Assembly: GCA_046563655.1 (NCBI GenBank)
Contig: CM102289.1
Coordinates: 3,286,001-3,350,000, forward strand
Origin: Yuukianura sp. NJ FZ-2021
Taxonomy: Eukaryota
Reading direction: 5' to 3'
DNA: 64,000 nucleotides
Numbering within the stretch: the first letter of the stretch is position 1; each line of letters opens with the position of its first letter. Under the pieces are notes generated by a model that was given only the letters and a program-made list of their open reading frames with translations, ran no database searches and was not told the origin of the DNA. Shown here piece by piece: positions 1 through 12,800 of this stretch. A program made the translations under genes and the position numbers.

Positions 1-158
1 TCCAAACATTCCGTAATTTTGGAATTCTGTGCCTGAGCATCATTATGACCAAAACTATGACGAACAACGTGGTGGCGTCTTAAAAATTTCTAAATGGTAA
101 TTCAATTCTAAAGTTGGATTGCCATTGTGAGGTGTAATAGAATTAAAGAAAAGGGAAA

Positions 159-2284
159 ATGAAGGAAACAAGCAACAAGGAAGAGGATTTTAAGACTTCG
201 GTTGAAGAAGCGATGAAAGTTGAAGACTTGTACATGGAATTAGGTATGACAAAAAATAAATGTCATTAAATAACTAAAACTAATTATAATTAGAAATTAT
301 AGTAACGCTAATTGGATAGTTTCATGAAATGTATTTCAAGTTAAACTTGCTTGGTCTATTGTTTGTTACAGGGGATTACTCGTGGTTTCAATTCCTGGTT
401 ACGGTGATACTAACCTTCCCACAAGTACCTTCTGGTATGCTTGCCGTTTCTCCTGTATTTGTCTCTACAAGCCGAGTATTATTCAGTTGCGCAGACGCCA
501 AGAATGCGACGCAAGGAAAGTTATTTCTGGGAACTGATCCAGAGCTATGTTCCAGCAATTGTTCCAACATCGTCGCCACTGGCACGCGTGACAGCTTTAC
601 GTCAATTGTTCAAGAAGTAAAATTTAACACCAAAAATGTCAATTTTGCATCATATTAAAAGGATTGAGCTGAACTTTGTTCTCACTTTAGTGGAATCTTG
701 TATGCGATGAAGCGTGGATGGCGGATGCTTTAACAAGCTTTCAAATGGTAAAATATGGGCGTTAGAATTTTTTCGTTTTAAAAAAACTCTGTTAATTTAT
801 TTATATTAGTTCGGAATGATGTCAGGGTGCGTCGTTGGATCTTTTCTTGCTGACCGGTAAAATCATTTCAGACGCATACTGAAATTTCAAACAGTGATTA
901 ATAGTTAGCGTTTGCTCTAGAAAATTAAGAGCACAATTACTCCAAATAATTGCTCCAAAAATTTTTGTCATGAAATTCTAGATTTGGGCGAAAACCGTCT
1001 TACTTTTGTACAACGTTGCTAATGGCCCTGTTTGGTATTGCGTCGGGACTGGCACCTAACGTTTACATGTACGCCCTGTGCAGATATTTCACGGGTCTGT
1101 TTTGCGGTGCGTTCTACGTTGTGTACAGCGTCTACTTAATTGAGTTTCTTACGCCGTCGTGGCGGACGATTTGTGGATGCGTAAGCATTTGGTTTTTGGG
1201 GGAAATGCTCCTGAGTTTGTCCGCGTACTTGGTGCCTCACTGGAGACTTCTAACAATAATCACAGCTTCACCAGCGCTTCTTGTGTTATTGGCGTTCTGG
1301 TAAAGGATTTAATTTATGTATAGCTGCATATCAATAGTTGATTCACTTAAACAAGCATTTTTCTGCATATTGTTTTGTAGGATACTTCCAGAAAGCCCAC
1401 GTTTCCTTCTTCACAGAGGTCAAACGGCAAAAGCGAAGGAAGTATTTGACCAAATCGCTCGCTACAACTCACGCTCTACCATAAGCATGGAAAAAATAAA
1501 AAAATTGCAGGAAACGTACCAAAGCAAAGACATTGACTCCACAGAACAAAACGTTGGATTCTTCAATTTCCTTGGCTCACTCACAGAATGGATTCGCCTT
1601 TTTATTTTCATTTGGATTTGGTTTTCAGTCGCTTTGGTTTACTACGGAATTACTTTTAACACAAAAAACTTCAGTGGAAATGCATACATGAACGTACTGT
1701 TCATGGCACTCGTAGACATGCCATCATTTCCTTCTGGCGCCGTATTCAACAACTGGTACCTCAAAAAAACTATGAAAGAAGAAATTTTTCATTTTTTGAA
1801 AATATTTTTAAACTTAGGTTGGGCCGAAAGCGAACGTTTTCCTTTTTACTTCTGTTTGGGACAATTTTTCTGGCAAGTATCCTGGTGTTGGAAGAATTTA
1901 TTCAGTTGCATAATTGGCCAACTCTGCTCACAATTCTCTGTTACGTTGGTCGATTTGGAATTGCGGGAGCGTTTGGAGTTGCATTTTGTTACACTGCTGA
2001 GTCGTTTCCAACAGCAGTTCGGTCAAGATGCTTAGGAGTTTGTCAACTAGCTGGCAATTTAGGCGGAGTGGCTGCTCCGTTCATTGCATTCTTTGGGTTG
2101 TGTAAGTAACCTATTCGCGACAAAGCGCTTGAATTTAGTATTTTGTTAACATAATATGCTTTTTTCAGGGCTTCCAACGCTTCCGTACATCATTTTCTGT
2201 GGAGTTGCAATTTTAGCAGCCGTGTTGTCCTACTTTCTGGAAGAAACGAATTCAAAACCGCTCAAAGATCTTAACAGCCATTAG
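159..2284 (+). CDS. SLC22 / organic cation transporter-like MFS protein, copy 1 (multi-exon)
   Basis: Spliced GT-AG exons give SIVQE|WNLVCD, LADR|FGRKP, LPESPRFL and AESFPTAVRS, all typical SLC22 motifs. ATG at 159, TAG at 2282-2284. Confidence 0.9.
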
Positions 2285-2666
2285 ACACATTAATAAAACT
2301 GGGCTCGTGACTAAAGTTGAGTAAATAGTTAATACTAAGCAGACTAGCAATTTTGCATGGCATTGATTCATTTTCCAATATCAATGCATTTGCAAGAACT
2401 TTGGAAATTCCTTCAACTTGTTAATGTTTCACAATTTCTTGCTGCGCATAATAAATTTATGCACAAATCAATCAGAAGACTGATTCTGTAAAATGAGCTT
2501 CGGATTCACACTTTCCATAATTTTGGAATTATATTCCTGACCATCAATATGAAAAATGCTATTCCGAACATCGTGATAGCATCTCAAAAATTTCTGAATG
2601 AGAATTCAATGTCAAGATCGGATTTCAACTTGTCAGGTATAGTAGAATTAAACAAGAACAAAAATA

Positions 2667-4779
2667 ATGGAAATAAGCAACAATGAAGAGGATTTGGAGA
2701 CTTCGGTTGAAGAATCGATTAAGGTTGAAGACTTGTACATGGAATTAGGTACAACAAGAGAATAAATACTGTTAAATAACTTAAACTAATTAACATTATA
2801 AATTATAGTTACATTAATTAGATAAGTTCATTCAATGTATTTCAAATTAAACTTGGTTGATATGATTTTGCAGGGGATTACTCGTGGTTTCAATTCTTGA
2901 TTACCGTGATACTAGGTTTCCCCGAAATACCTTCTGGAATGATTGGCGTTTCTCCTGTATTTGTCACTACAAGTCGAGTATTATTCAGTTGCGCAGACGC
3001 CCGGAATGCGACTAAAGCAACTCTATTTCTGGGAACTGATCCAGAACTATGCTCCAGCAATTGCTCCAGTATCGTCGCCAATGGCACGCGTGACAGCTTT
3101 ACGTCAATTGTTCAAGAGGTAAAATTTAATATATATAAAGAAGTCCATTTTGTATCATATTAAAAGGATTGAACTAAACTTTGTATTGTACTCACATTAG
3201 TGGAACCTCGTATGCGATCAGGCGTGGATGGCAGATGCTTTAACAAGTTTTCAAATGGTAAAATGGACTTTAGAATTTATTTTTTATTCATTAATAAAGT
3301 TTATTTAACCTATTTGGGTTAGTTCGGAATGATGACAGGGTGCGTCGTTGGATCTTTCCTTGCGGAGCGGTAAAATCACATTGTAACCTATTCAAAAAAA
3401 TGCCAATTCAAACACTACCGGTTAGCGTTAGAGTAACCGTCTTGTTCAAATTAGTGAACAATTTGTTCAAAATTTTCCTGCCATGATGACATTTTAGATT
3501 TGGGCGAAAACCGGCATATTTTTGCACAACGGTACTAATGGCCTTGTTCGGCATTGCGTCGGGAGTGGCACCTAACGTTTACATGTACGCCCTGTGCAGA
3601 TATTTCACGGGTCTTTTCTGTGGTGCGTTCTACGTTGTGTACAGCATCTACTTAATTGAGTTTCTCACGCCGTCGTGGCGTACAATTTGTGGATGCATAA
3701 GCATTTGGTTTTTGGGAGAAATACTGCTTACATTGTCTGCGTACTTGGTGCCCCACTGGAGACTTCTAACAGTAATCACAGCTTCACCAGCACTTCTCGT
3801 GTTGCTTGCGTTCTGGTAAAGATTCAAAAAATGATTTATTGCAAATAAATAAGCATCTTCCTGCTTATTGTTTTGTAGGGTACTTCCAGAAAGCCCCCGA
3901 TTTCTTCTTTGCAGAGATCAGACAGCAAAAGCAAAGGAAGTATTTGACCGAATCGCTCGCTATAACTCACGGCCTGTGATAAGCATGGAAACAATTAATA
4001 AATTGCAGGAAACGTACCAAAACAAAGACATAGATTCCGAAGAACAAAACATTGGATACTTCAATTTCCTTGGCTCTCTCACAGAATGGATTCGACTTTG
4101 TATTTTCATTTGGATTTGGTTTTCAGTCGCTTTGGTTTACTACGGAATTACTTTTAACACAAAAAACTTCAGCGGAAATCCGTACTTGAACGTACTGTAC
4201 ATGGCACTCGTGGACATGCCGTCATTTTCCTCTGGAGCATTATTCAACAACTGGTAATTCTAAAAACTATGGACGAAGAATTTTTTTTTGATAATATTTT
4301 TAAACTTAGGTTGGGCCGAAAACGAACATTTTCCTGTTTACTTCTGTTTGGCACAATTTTTCTGGCAAGTATCTTGCTGTTGGAAGAATTTATTCAGTTG
4401 CATGATTGGCCAACGCTGCTAACAATTCTCTGCTACCTTGGTCGGTTTGGAGTTGGGGGAGCGTGGGGAGTTGCATTTTGTTACACTGCCGAGTCGTTTC
4501 CAACAGTAGTTCGCTCAAGATGCTTAGGGCTTTGTCAACTAGCTAGCAATTTAGGCGGAGTAGCGGCTCCGTTTATTGCATTCTTTGGATTGTGTAAGTA
4601 ACCTGTTCATTGTAAAATACTTCAGCTTAGTATTTTGTTAACGTAATACTCTGTTTGTTTCAGGGCTTCCAACGCTTCCGTACGTCATTTTCTGTGGAGT
4701 TGCAATTTTAGCAGCCGTGTTGTCCTACTTTCTGGAAGAAACCAATTCAAAACCGCTCAAAGATCTTAACAGCCAATAG
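2667..4779 (+). CDS. SLC22 / organic cation transporter-like MFS protein, copy 2 (tandem duplicate)
   Basis: Same exon structure and near-identical protein to copy 1 (WNLVCD, FGRKP, LPESPRFL, AESFPTVVRS). Duplication unit is about 2.5 kb including flanks. Confidence 0.9.
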
Positions 4780-7700
4780 GTACCAGTATCACTTAAGTTC
4801 GGTGAAAAGTAAATACTTATTGCTGGACTATCAATTTTCGCGTTGCATTGATTTATTTTGCAATTTCAATGATTTTGTAAGAATTTTAGAAATTCTTCCA
4901 ACTTTCTTCACAAGGTTCCTTGACAACGAAAAGTTAATTTTGTTTAACTTTTCGGGAAGAGGTTAAGTACTACCTCGCTTGTTGAAAAATAAATGAAAAA
5001 AACTTGTTACCTAACATACATAATATTGTTACTTACAAGAAGCAAATTCTGTGGGCGATTTCCTCTACCATGACAAACGCGTTTCTGAATTAAGTATGTT
5101 TATTATTTTCTTTTCAGTGTACATATGTATAGTAATATTTTTATGTGACACAACTCTACATTTGAACCGAACGAACATAAACATAAACCCCAAAGTCCAC
5201 GTTCACTTTTGAAAGCTATCCCTATGTCAACTTAATGTGTGTTTAACCTTTGGTTGACTATATTCCGACAAAGTAAAGATTTCACAAAGCAAGAATTTTT
5301 TAACAAAGATGTTGTAATTTTTCAGCATATTAGCGCAATTATGCTTGTAGGCAGTTGTGATCTGAACTGTGCTAAACCTTGCCATATCTTCTGATATAAG
5401 CCTTGCTGCAAAGTTGAATTCTGGTTAATTTTGATTTTACATGAATGGTATATCACCATCTTAATTTTAAACTTAAGCTACAAGTACAAAACGTGTATTA
5501 AATCCCACATATAAGGGAGGTAAGCGACAGTCCAGCTGTCTTGTAATCCCGTAGTGTAATTAGTTTAAATTGGTTATGTAGATGTTAAGTTTATGTTATA
5601 CCGTATGCCGCCCTCTTCCCAAACAATACTTACGCAGTTACTATGATGCTTACTGAACAAAACATTCATTTGTCTAACTTTACTAGCTTTCTTGTACTTT
5701 AGCATGACAGAAGTTTCTTTTCGGCAATATAGCAAACCTTACTTGACTGCTCACATCACATTGTTACTTTAGTAATACGATAGTTTTGGTATCAACTTTA
5801 GCACCAAATCTTAGGTTCTAGCTGCTAACATTGTAGTTTGGCTTAAGAGTATATTTAAATGGTACTAGAGGAAATGGTCGATTGAATGAGCTTTATAATC
5901 GTTTGGGTCACACCAATACATTCACCTTGGAGTTTGAGTATGCCCTCACGCTTAAATTTACTTGTGCAATCATTTCAAGTGAGTTTCATTTAGTAGAAAC
6001 CTTGTATTCAGTTAAGTACATTATAGTCGATATTATATTAGTCTTAGAATATTAACTAACTGTATACAATAAATCAATTTTAGCAAACAATTTAAATAAA
6101 AAAATGGTTTGATAAAAGGATTGTTTTTCGAAACAGTTTTAGTTTAGCTAAAGTTTTAGTGAAAATAGCAAAAGACAATCTGCGGGTTATATACGAACTA
6201 TCAGTATGCAGGTGCGTTTACTAACATCAATGCTAATTTTTGTTTTGTTATGATCCACATGCTATAAGTTTCCAGTTTGTTTCAAGTACGGTTTAAGAGA
6301 AAGCGGAGAAAGTTCAAAATTTCCCTCACAGATCGCAGGTAGGTTAAAACAAAGTTCTACCAACAGGAGCACAATTACAATAAAAGACGTGTTTCAACCC
6401 AAGTTTAGAGAGGTGTTCAGAATTATTTTGCGACATTACTGAAAAGTTAGTTCAAATGTGGATATTGTGTATTGCTTTAATTTAAAAACGAAGCAAACTC
6501 TGGACTCTGTTTTGATTTCCGTAGTTCTACTTCCACAAATGATTTTAAGGCATTTTAAATGTCCCTTCGCTGCTGGAAATGGACAACGAAAAAAGTATGT
6601 TACTGTCTAGCTTATGACTGGGAATACGTCGGATAAGGATTTTTGAGCGTACCTGAGATTATTTATGATGATCAAAAGCTGCCGCATAACCTACAGGCTA
6701 CTCTGGTTTACCATTGCCAAAAACCGATAGAAAAGTTGTCCGGAAGCAATAATTATGGTTGAAAGGTAAAGTTCCGCCGGACATGCTCAACAGAAGTGAA
6801 ATATAATTCGGTTCATTTTGTAACTTTCCTTTTGATGCTAAAAACGTGATTTCTCTTTCGTTTCACGGCCTTGGCTCCCTTCCCTTGGCAAACTTTCTTC
6901 TGTTTTCCTGAATATGTGAAGAAGTGAGTCGTAACTTATCCTCGCACCGTTTAACTTTACCTTATCTCTACCTATCTCCTCTGGACAAATTTTATGGAGA
7001 AGAATATCCTGGAGACGGAAGAAAGTAGAAACTATTGGTCTTTGGAGATGGAGACAAAAACTGGAAATGTAAATGGCACTTTCACTTTTCCCGGCGGCAA
7101 AATTGAAAGCGAAAGCGGTAAATAATTCCAGAAGGGCAGTTACAGCAAAAACGTCTTTCTGACAGGAAGAAGAGGCAGAAATCGATAAATCATCTTTCAT
7201 CATAAAAAGAATCTTCTGTAATTGGATCATTCGCCCCAAAACACGCCAGAACAGATTATTGCCATTTCCGTTCTAGCCGTGTCGCCTTGTGTTTTCTTCG
7301 TTCGAGATAATCATTATGTCACTTTTGAAATAACTGCGTCCTGTAAATGGACTTTCACTCATCACAATTCCAGCCATGATCTGCCTCCTAAGTTTAGCTG
7401 TCAACTACTAAAATGAAGTTGCTTTTATACTATCCCTAGACATTGTGATACTTTTTGTCTTTCCTTTGTCCATATAAACAAATTGGAATGAAATATTATG
7501 GAAACTTTGTGACAAGTTGCTTTCTCTGGCGACCTCTGGCTCATCCAAAACCTTTACTCATGTAACTAAACTATCTCAACTCTCAACCTATTTAACACTG
7601 TTGACAGCGCGGTGTGTAACCAGAAACTTTGGCACTTAATACTTTCGAAAGTGTCGCTTTCCTCTACGTACAGGAGCAGCACCAAAACATTCCGCACTAG

Positions 7701-9810
7701 CTTTCCGAAACTACTGTGAAGTAAGAACATTCTGCCTCATATTTCATTAGGTAGCTAAGAACGTGTGCTATTCCTGCTCGTTTTTGTTTTCAAACTGCCA
7801 AACAACACAGCAACAAGATTGTCAACAAAATATACTAACTATTCGTAAAGTGCTGAGTATTGGATATACTCATTTTTGAATTTTAGTTGAAAAGAAATGT
7901 TCCTGAAAAAATTCAACTTTTGTGCTTTTTAATCCGCGTACTTTGAACCAACTATTTGTTACATAAAAACTCTACTAAATAAAAAAAGAACATGTGGGAC
8001 AGCTGTCTTTTCTTGGAAAGCCTACCGGAAAATACTTTGGATTTCCCCTTATCAAAATATATTTTCTTTTAATTTGCTTATATTCATTACCAAACCCAAC
8101 GTAACATTAATGATGAAGTGAATACGAAATGTTGAAGAAAAGAAATCTTGCCAACTCTGACTTGTGTATATGGATTCGAAAAGCAAGATTTAGAAAAACT
8201 TTTTGTGTATTACATATAATCACATTGAATAAGCATTATTGTACACTCTACATTGCCGGATTTGTGAAGTCAGAAGTACAATTTACTTGAATTCAAAGAT
8301 TCTAAAAATTTTTGTCTGGTAAGCCTCGGGTTTTCAAGTTTCACTGAAAAGATCCAGCATATTGTGTTGATTGTTACCAGCTACGAAAACAAGATTATAT
8401 TTTGGAGAAAGGAAAGAACTTTTTCTAGATTCGTGTTTTTCGTTTCTAATTCAATATTTGATCTGCGAATGTTTTTTCTCTGGAAAAATTCATTTCCTAT
8501 TCTCCACTTCCAATCACAAAAGGAAAGCATTTTGTTTGGAGCAATAAAGGTTTGTATCAAAAAGAAGAAATGATAATAAGAGAGATGTTTTTCTGTTATT
8601 TGAAGAAAGATGATTTTGTATGAAATTGTGCTGTATTTTAGAAAAAAAAATTGTTGACAGAGTCTAGCAAAATACTCAACTTTAAGATCTGGAGCGTAAT
8701 TTGTTTTCAATGTTGCCTTTTTTCTTTTGACACAAAAATGCTTTCTACGCCATTACATAAACTACAAAGATCAGGAAATTTAAGAACTGAAATTGAAAAT
8801 TAGTAAGGAAAAGCACTTGAAACCTTGGATCTAAATTCTGAAGGAATCGAGCAACAGCAAAATGAGAGCGAAATCAAATTAATATTTTTAAGTTCTAAAA
8901 AGTTGCTAAAGAAACTACTTTTTACCGCTGTGGTTAAAATGTTCACACATATTCATAAAACTATTTGTAAAACCAAAATTGATTTATACGTTCCTGCCGA
9001 AAGTGATAGAGTCCAGAGTTTGCTTCCGCAACTAAAAAGAGTTGAAGAGAAAAAGAACTTTTCTATTAAACTTTACGAAAGTGAAACTTCGATAGAAACG
9101 AAATTATAACCAAGCATTCTAGTACAATAAAATGTTTTGTGCAAACACATTGTTGTACTAATCGGAAAAACCTGACCCTACTTCACTTTTTAAAACTAAA
9201 AACAAACAAAATGCTTAAAAAGTGGCGCTTATGCCAAAAGTCAGTAATTTTTCGCAACGTTATTGTCATTTCACATCAAATTTTCGATGTGACGACTTCA
9301 GTATTAAGAATATCCTACGTTAGTTATTAATCGCCTTTCCAGAAAATCCTTTGAGTTGTTTAGTGCTTCAAACAAGTTCTTCCCCCTGAGTTGAATATAA
9401 ATATGGTGACATTATTTTAACATCCAAAGTTTATCCTATTAATTCGATGCTTATACCCTTGCATGTAAATTACATTTTTTGTTTAAAAATGAGTGTCACA
9501 GTGTCCAATTTTATGGTTTGTTAGGAAAATATGAATTTCGAAAACCATTTTTGGCTCTGCCTCGCTTAGTTCTGAATCTCAGACATTTTGGAGCAGAATA
9601 ATTTTGAGATTAGTTTTTGGCGTAAAGTGCTTAAATATCTCTGACATCGCAGTTAATTGATAATTCTGCTTTCCTCCCTTGCAGCAACGTTAGTGCAGCG
9701 GAGCTTACTGTGTTGCAGTAGTATCGCTTACTCCTAGTGCTTACGGTGCAGCATCGCTCATTTTGAATCCAATCCAAACTGAATTTAATTGATATTAGGT
9801 TCAACTCTTG

Positions 9811-12800
9811 TTATTGAACGATGATGTGCGGAGCAGAAAGGAGGACGCAAATGGTGGCTATGATTGTGAAGGAAGTGAAAACGATGAGGCAGATTCGGTC
9901 CACAACCATTGCAGCAAACTTCCAGTCACCTACAATTTCCGCATCTTCTTCTGCCTTTTTCATACGACTCGTAATGAAGCGAAGTTCGCGCAGAATTCCT
10001 TGAAGGTCTTTTTGAGCTAGTGCGCAGGAGGAAGACATTTCAGCGGCCTGATCCATCCGAAGGTAAGACGTGCTCGTCCGAATGTCATCGTCCATGTCAA
10101 GGACATTGGCCAGAAGAGACTTGGAGGAGCGTTCCCTTATGTCTTTCAATGATTTCATTTTATGGTCCATTTTTATAGTTTCCCGAGTAATTTTCTTCCC
10201 TGGACGACTCATGTGGAGAATCCATGGAAGCCATTGGAGAAAGAGCGTTTTTACCTTTGGAGTGAATCATAATGAAAAACTTCATTACAAAAGTAGTGTG
10301 GAATAGAATGAAGGATTATGTAACTTTTGACAATGCTTTGGTAATTTGGACTGTCACACCAAGGTGTCAACTTGTTGGAGATTAACATATCATGATTTGG
10401 GATCATATGTCACATGTCCGTCAGTCGGTGACTGCAAAGCACTTTAGTAAATTGTTATTTTAACAAGTCCAATCTTTTGTCTGAAATTTATTTTGAAGGC
10501 AAAGTTAAAAAAAGATATTTAAAATTAAATTAATTGCTTTAAATTGTTCTCTTTCATTTAGTTAAAAGCTCCACGGAACGACAAAACCCCATTCTACGCA
10601 TAAGCGTAACAACGATTTTTAAAGTTTGATTCTCATAATTTGGTCGCGCTTTGGCGTTAGAAAACACGAGACACGGTGAGTGGAAAAACTTCTAAAAGAT
10701 GAGTTTTTTAGTTGCCATTACAAATCTCTGAAATCAATATCAGAAACGGAGTGCTTACAATGATTTTGCATTGAACAGATTCAACTGTATATGTATTTAG
10801 TAGTAAATCTAACTTGTATTGTGTATTAAAATATAAAGTCAGTCCTAAAAATAATGTGAAATTTGACTTAAAGATTGGCACCATTTCTTCCTGTCTTTCT
10901 CTTTTTCTTCACAAATAGCAAATTGTATTTTTGGGGAAAAAAACTGCAATCGGAGCTAACTGATTTTGAGCAGTGCTGAAATTTTGGAAATGGCACTTGT
11001 CAAGCGTTTGCTACAAAGATTGACATCTTTGTTTCTGACAGCAGAACAGAAACGGTGACAGAAAGCAGACCCTTAGGAATGGAATTTATTGTTAGTGTCA
11101 CGAATCGGAAAGATACGTTGAAGAAATAGAGCCTTCCCGGCTACACCTACCCTAACAATAACCTAATCTAACACTAGGCTTGCAATCTCTAAATTTTATG
11201 AAATTGGATCCATGGGAAGAGTAGTGTGTGCGGAGTATATCACTTCAGATTGAACCACACCGGAGGCAGGAAGTAGTGTGAAGGGATTGAAAATCCTAAG
11301 AAGATCAAGTCCGTAATTTAATGCGATGCCAAACCTAGGTTAGGCTTTAGGTATGAAGGAAATAAGAAATCTGAAAATCACTTTTCACCCTTCATGGTTT
11401 GCCTCGTAGACTAGACGACACGACACTTGGGAAGAAATGCTGATCAGGGATTATAAAGGTTATCTGCAGAGAAAGTTCTCTCCATTAGGTTAGGTTAGGC
11501 TAGCCTAACCTGGTTATACCAGAGTAACAGGAATTGAGAAAATCGAGGTTTTGTGGAGAAAGCATCCCCACAGTTCATCCCATTTCCACATTTCATGCTT
11601 AGAACAGTGCTGAGATGGCATATACCTAGTGTTTTTGAGTTACCAAAAGAAGATTTTTTTTTTGAAAACTTATGTAATATAGAGTTATTTTTTAAAAATG
11701 ATATTACAATGGTATAAAGCAATAGGCACATAACCAACCAAGTCGTTTTAAGATTTTCCTCTTCAAAAGAACGCTCTCTCCCATGTGGTGCTTTCTCTCT
11801 AGGGACTTTTTAGGTTCTAGATTTTGGGCTACTCCACGAGATCTCCTAACTTTCTCTTTCAGCTAAAGTGTTTTAAATTTCTTTAAAAAAAATTTTTTTT
11901 TTGAAAGTTTGACGAAATACTTTCTCAGTACTTTAGAAACTTTTTTAACGCTCTGCAGCAGCTAATTCCCCTCGTGGCACAAATCCACTGATGTTGCTTC
12001 GATATCAAGAGAGAGAGAAAAAATTTCTCTCCAGAGAGAAAGTTTGAAATCTGCAGACGGTTTCTGGGCCATGTCAGAACCAAATTTTGGAAAGATTAAT
12101 TTTGAATTTTTGCAAACTAAAAACTCGTTAAAACAATTCTTTCTGGCAAAAATTTAAAAATGAAGTTTATAAGCGAGCCCATCCGCTCTAGCCAGATTTT
12201 GGCTCATAATTCAAGTAAGCGAACGGAACCGTTTAAATCAAGTTTAAATTTTGATTCTATGCAAACATTTGCGTAAAATTGTTTTTTCAACGCTTGCAAA
12301 GCTGACGCTGAGAAAAAAGTGTGTTGAGTCATAAAAATGCATATTCATAGCTTGAACGAGAAAAAAATGCTAAAGCAAAGCGCACCAAAATTGGAAGCTT
12401 AAATGTTCTGCCATTAATCACATTGGAGCGGACGAGAATTTTTTTTTTTGAATAATTCAAGTTTTCAGAGCTTTGTATTTTCCGGTGGCAAGCCCAACAA
12501 CACACGCAGTAAAATCCTATGCTGCAGTTCCGTTGGAAGGAATTCAATTTATTGTTTGTCCGACAATACGCGCTCTTTTTCAGACACTTAGGTTTTACAG
12601 TACCATTCTCTAGATGTGTTTGACTTGTGGAGGCGAAAGGGAAAGTCTCAGAATCTAATCCGAACTAGACCTGCTTGCTTTATCGCTCCGAAATCCAGCT
12701 TTGTTACCTTCACGACTGACATTTTGGCCATAAATTGAAACGGACAGTACAAGAAGGGTTGCAAAATACAAAAACCAAAAATTTACACAAAGCATTCAGT

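Noticed and set aside
5000..9800. Short ORFs in the SLC22-nAChR interval
   Set aside because: No recognisable domains or splice-consistent structure; probably long nAChR 3' UTR or intergenic DNA.
9631..9810. 59 open codons after the nAChR stop (possible readthrough extension)
   Set aside because: UAA is the least leaky stop, the peptide has no recognisable features, and chance is adequate without conservation data.
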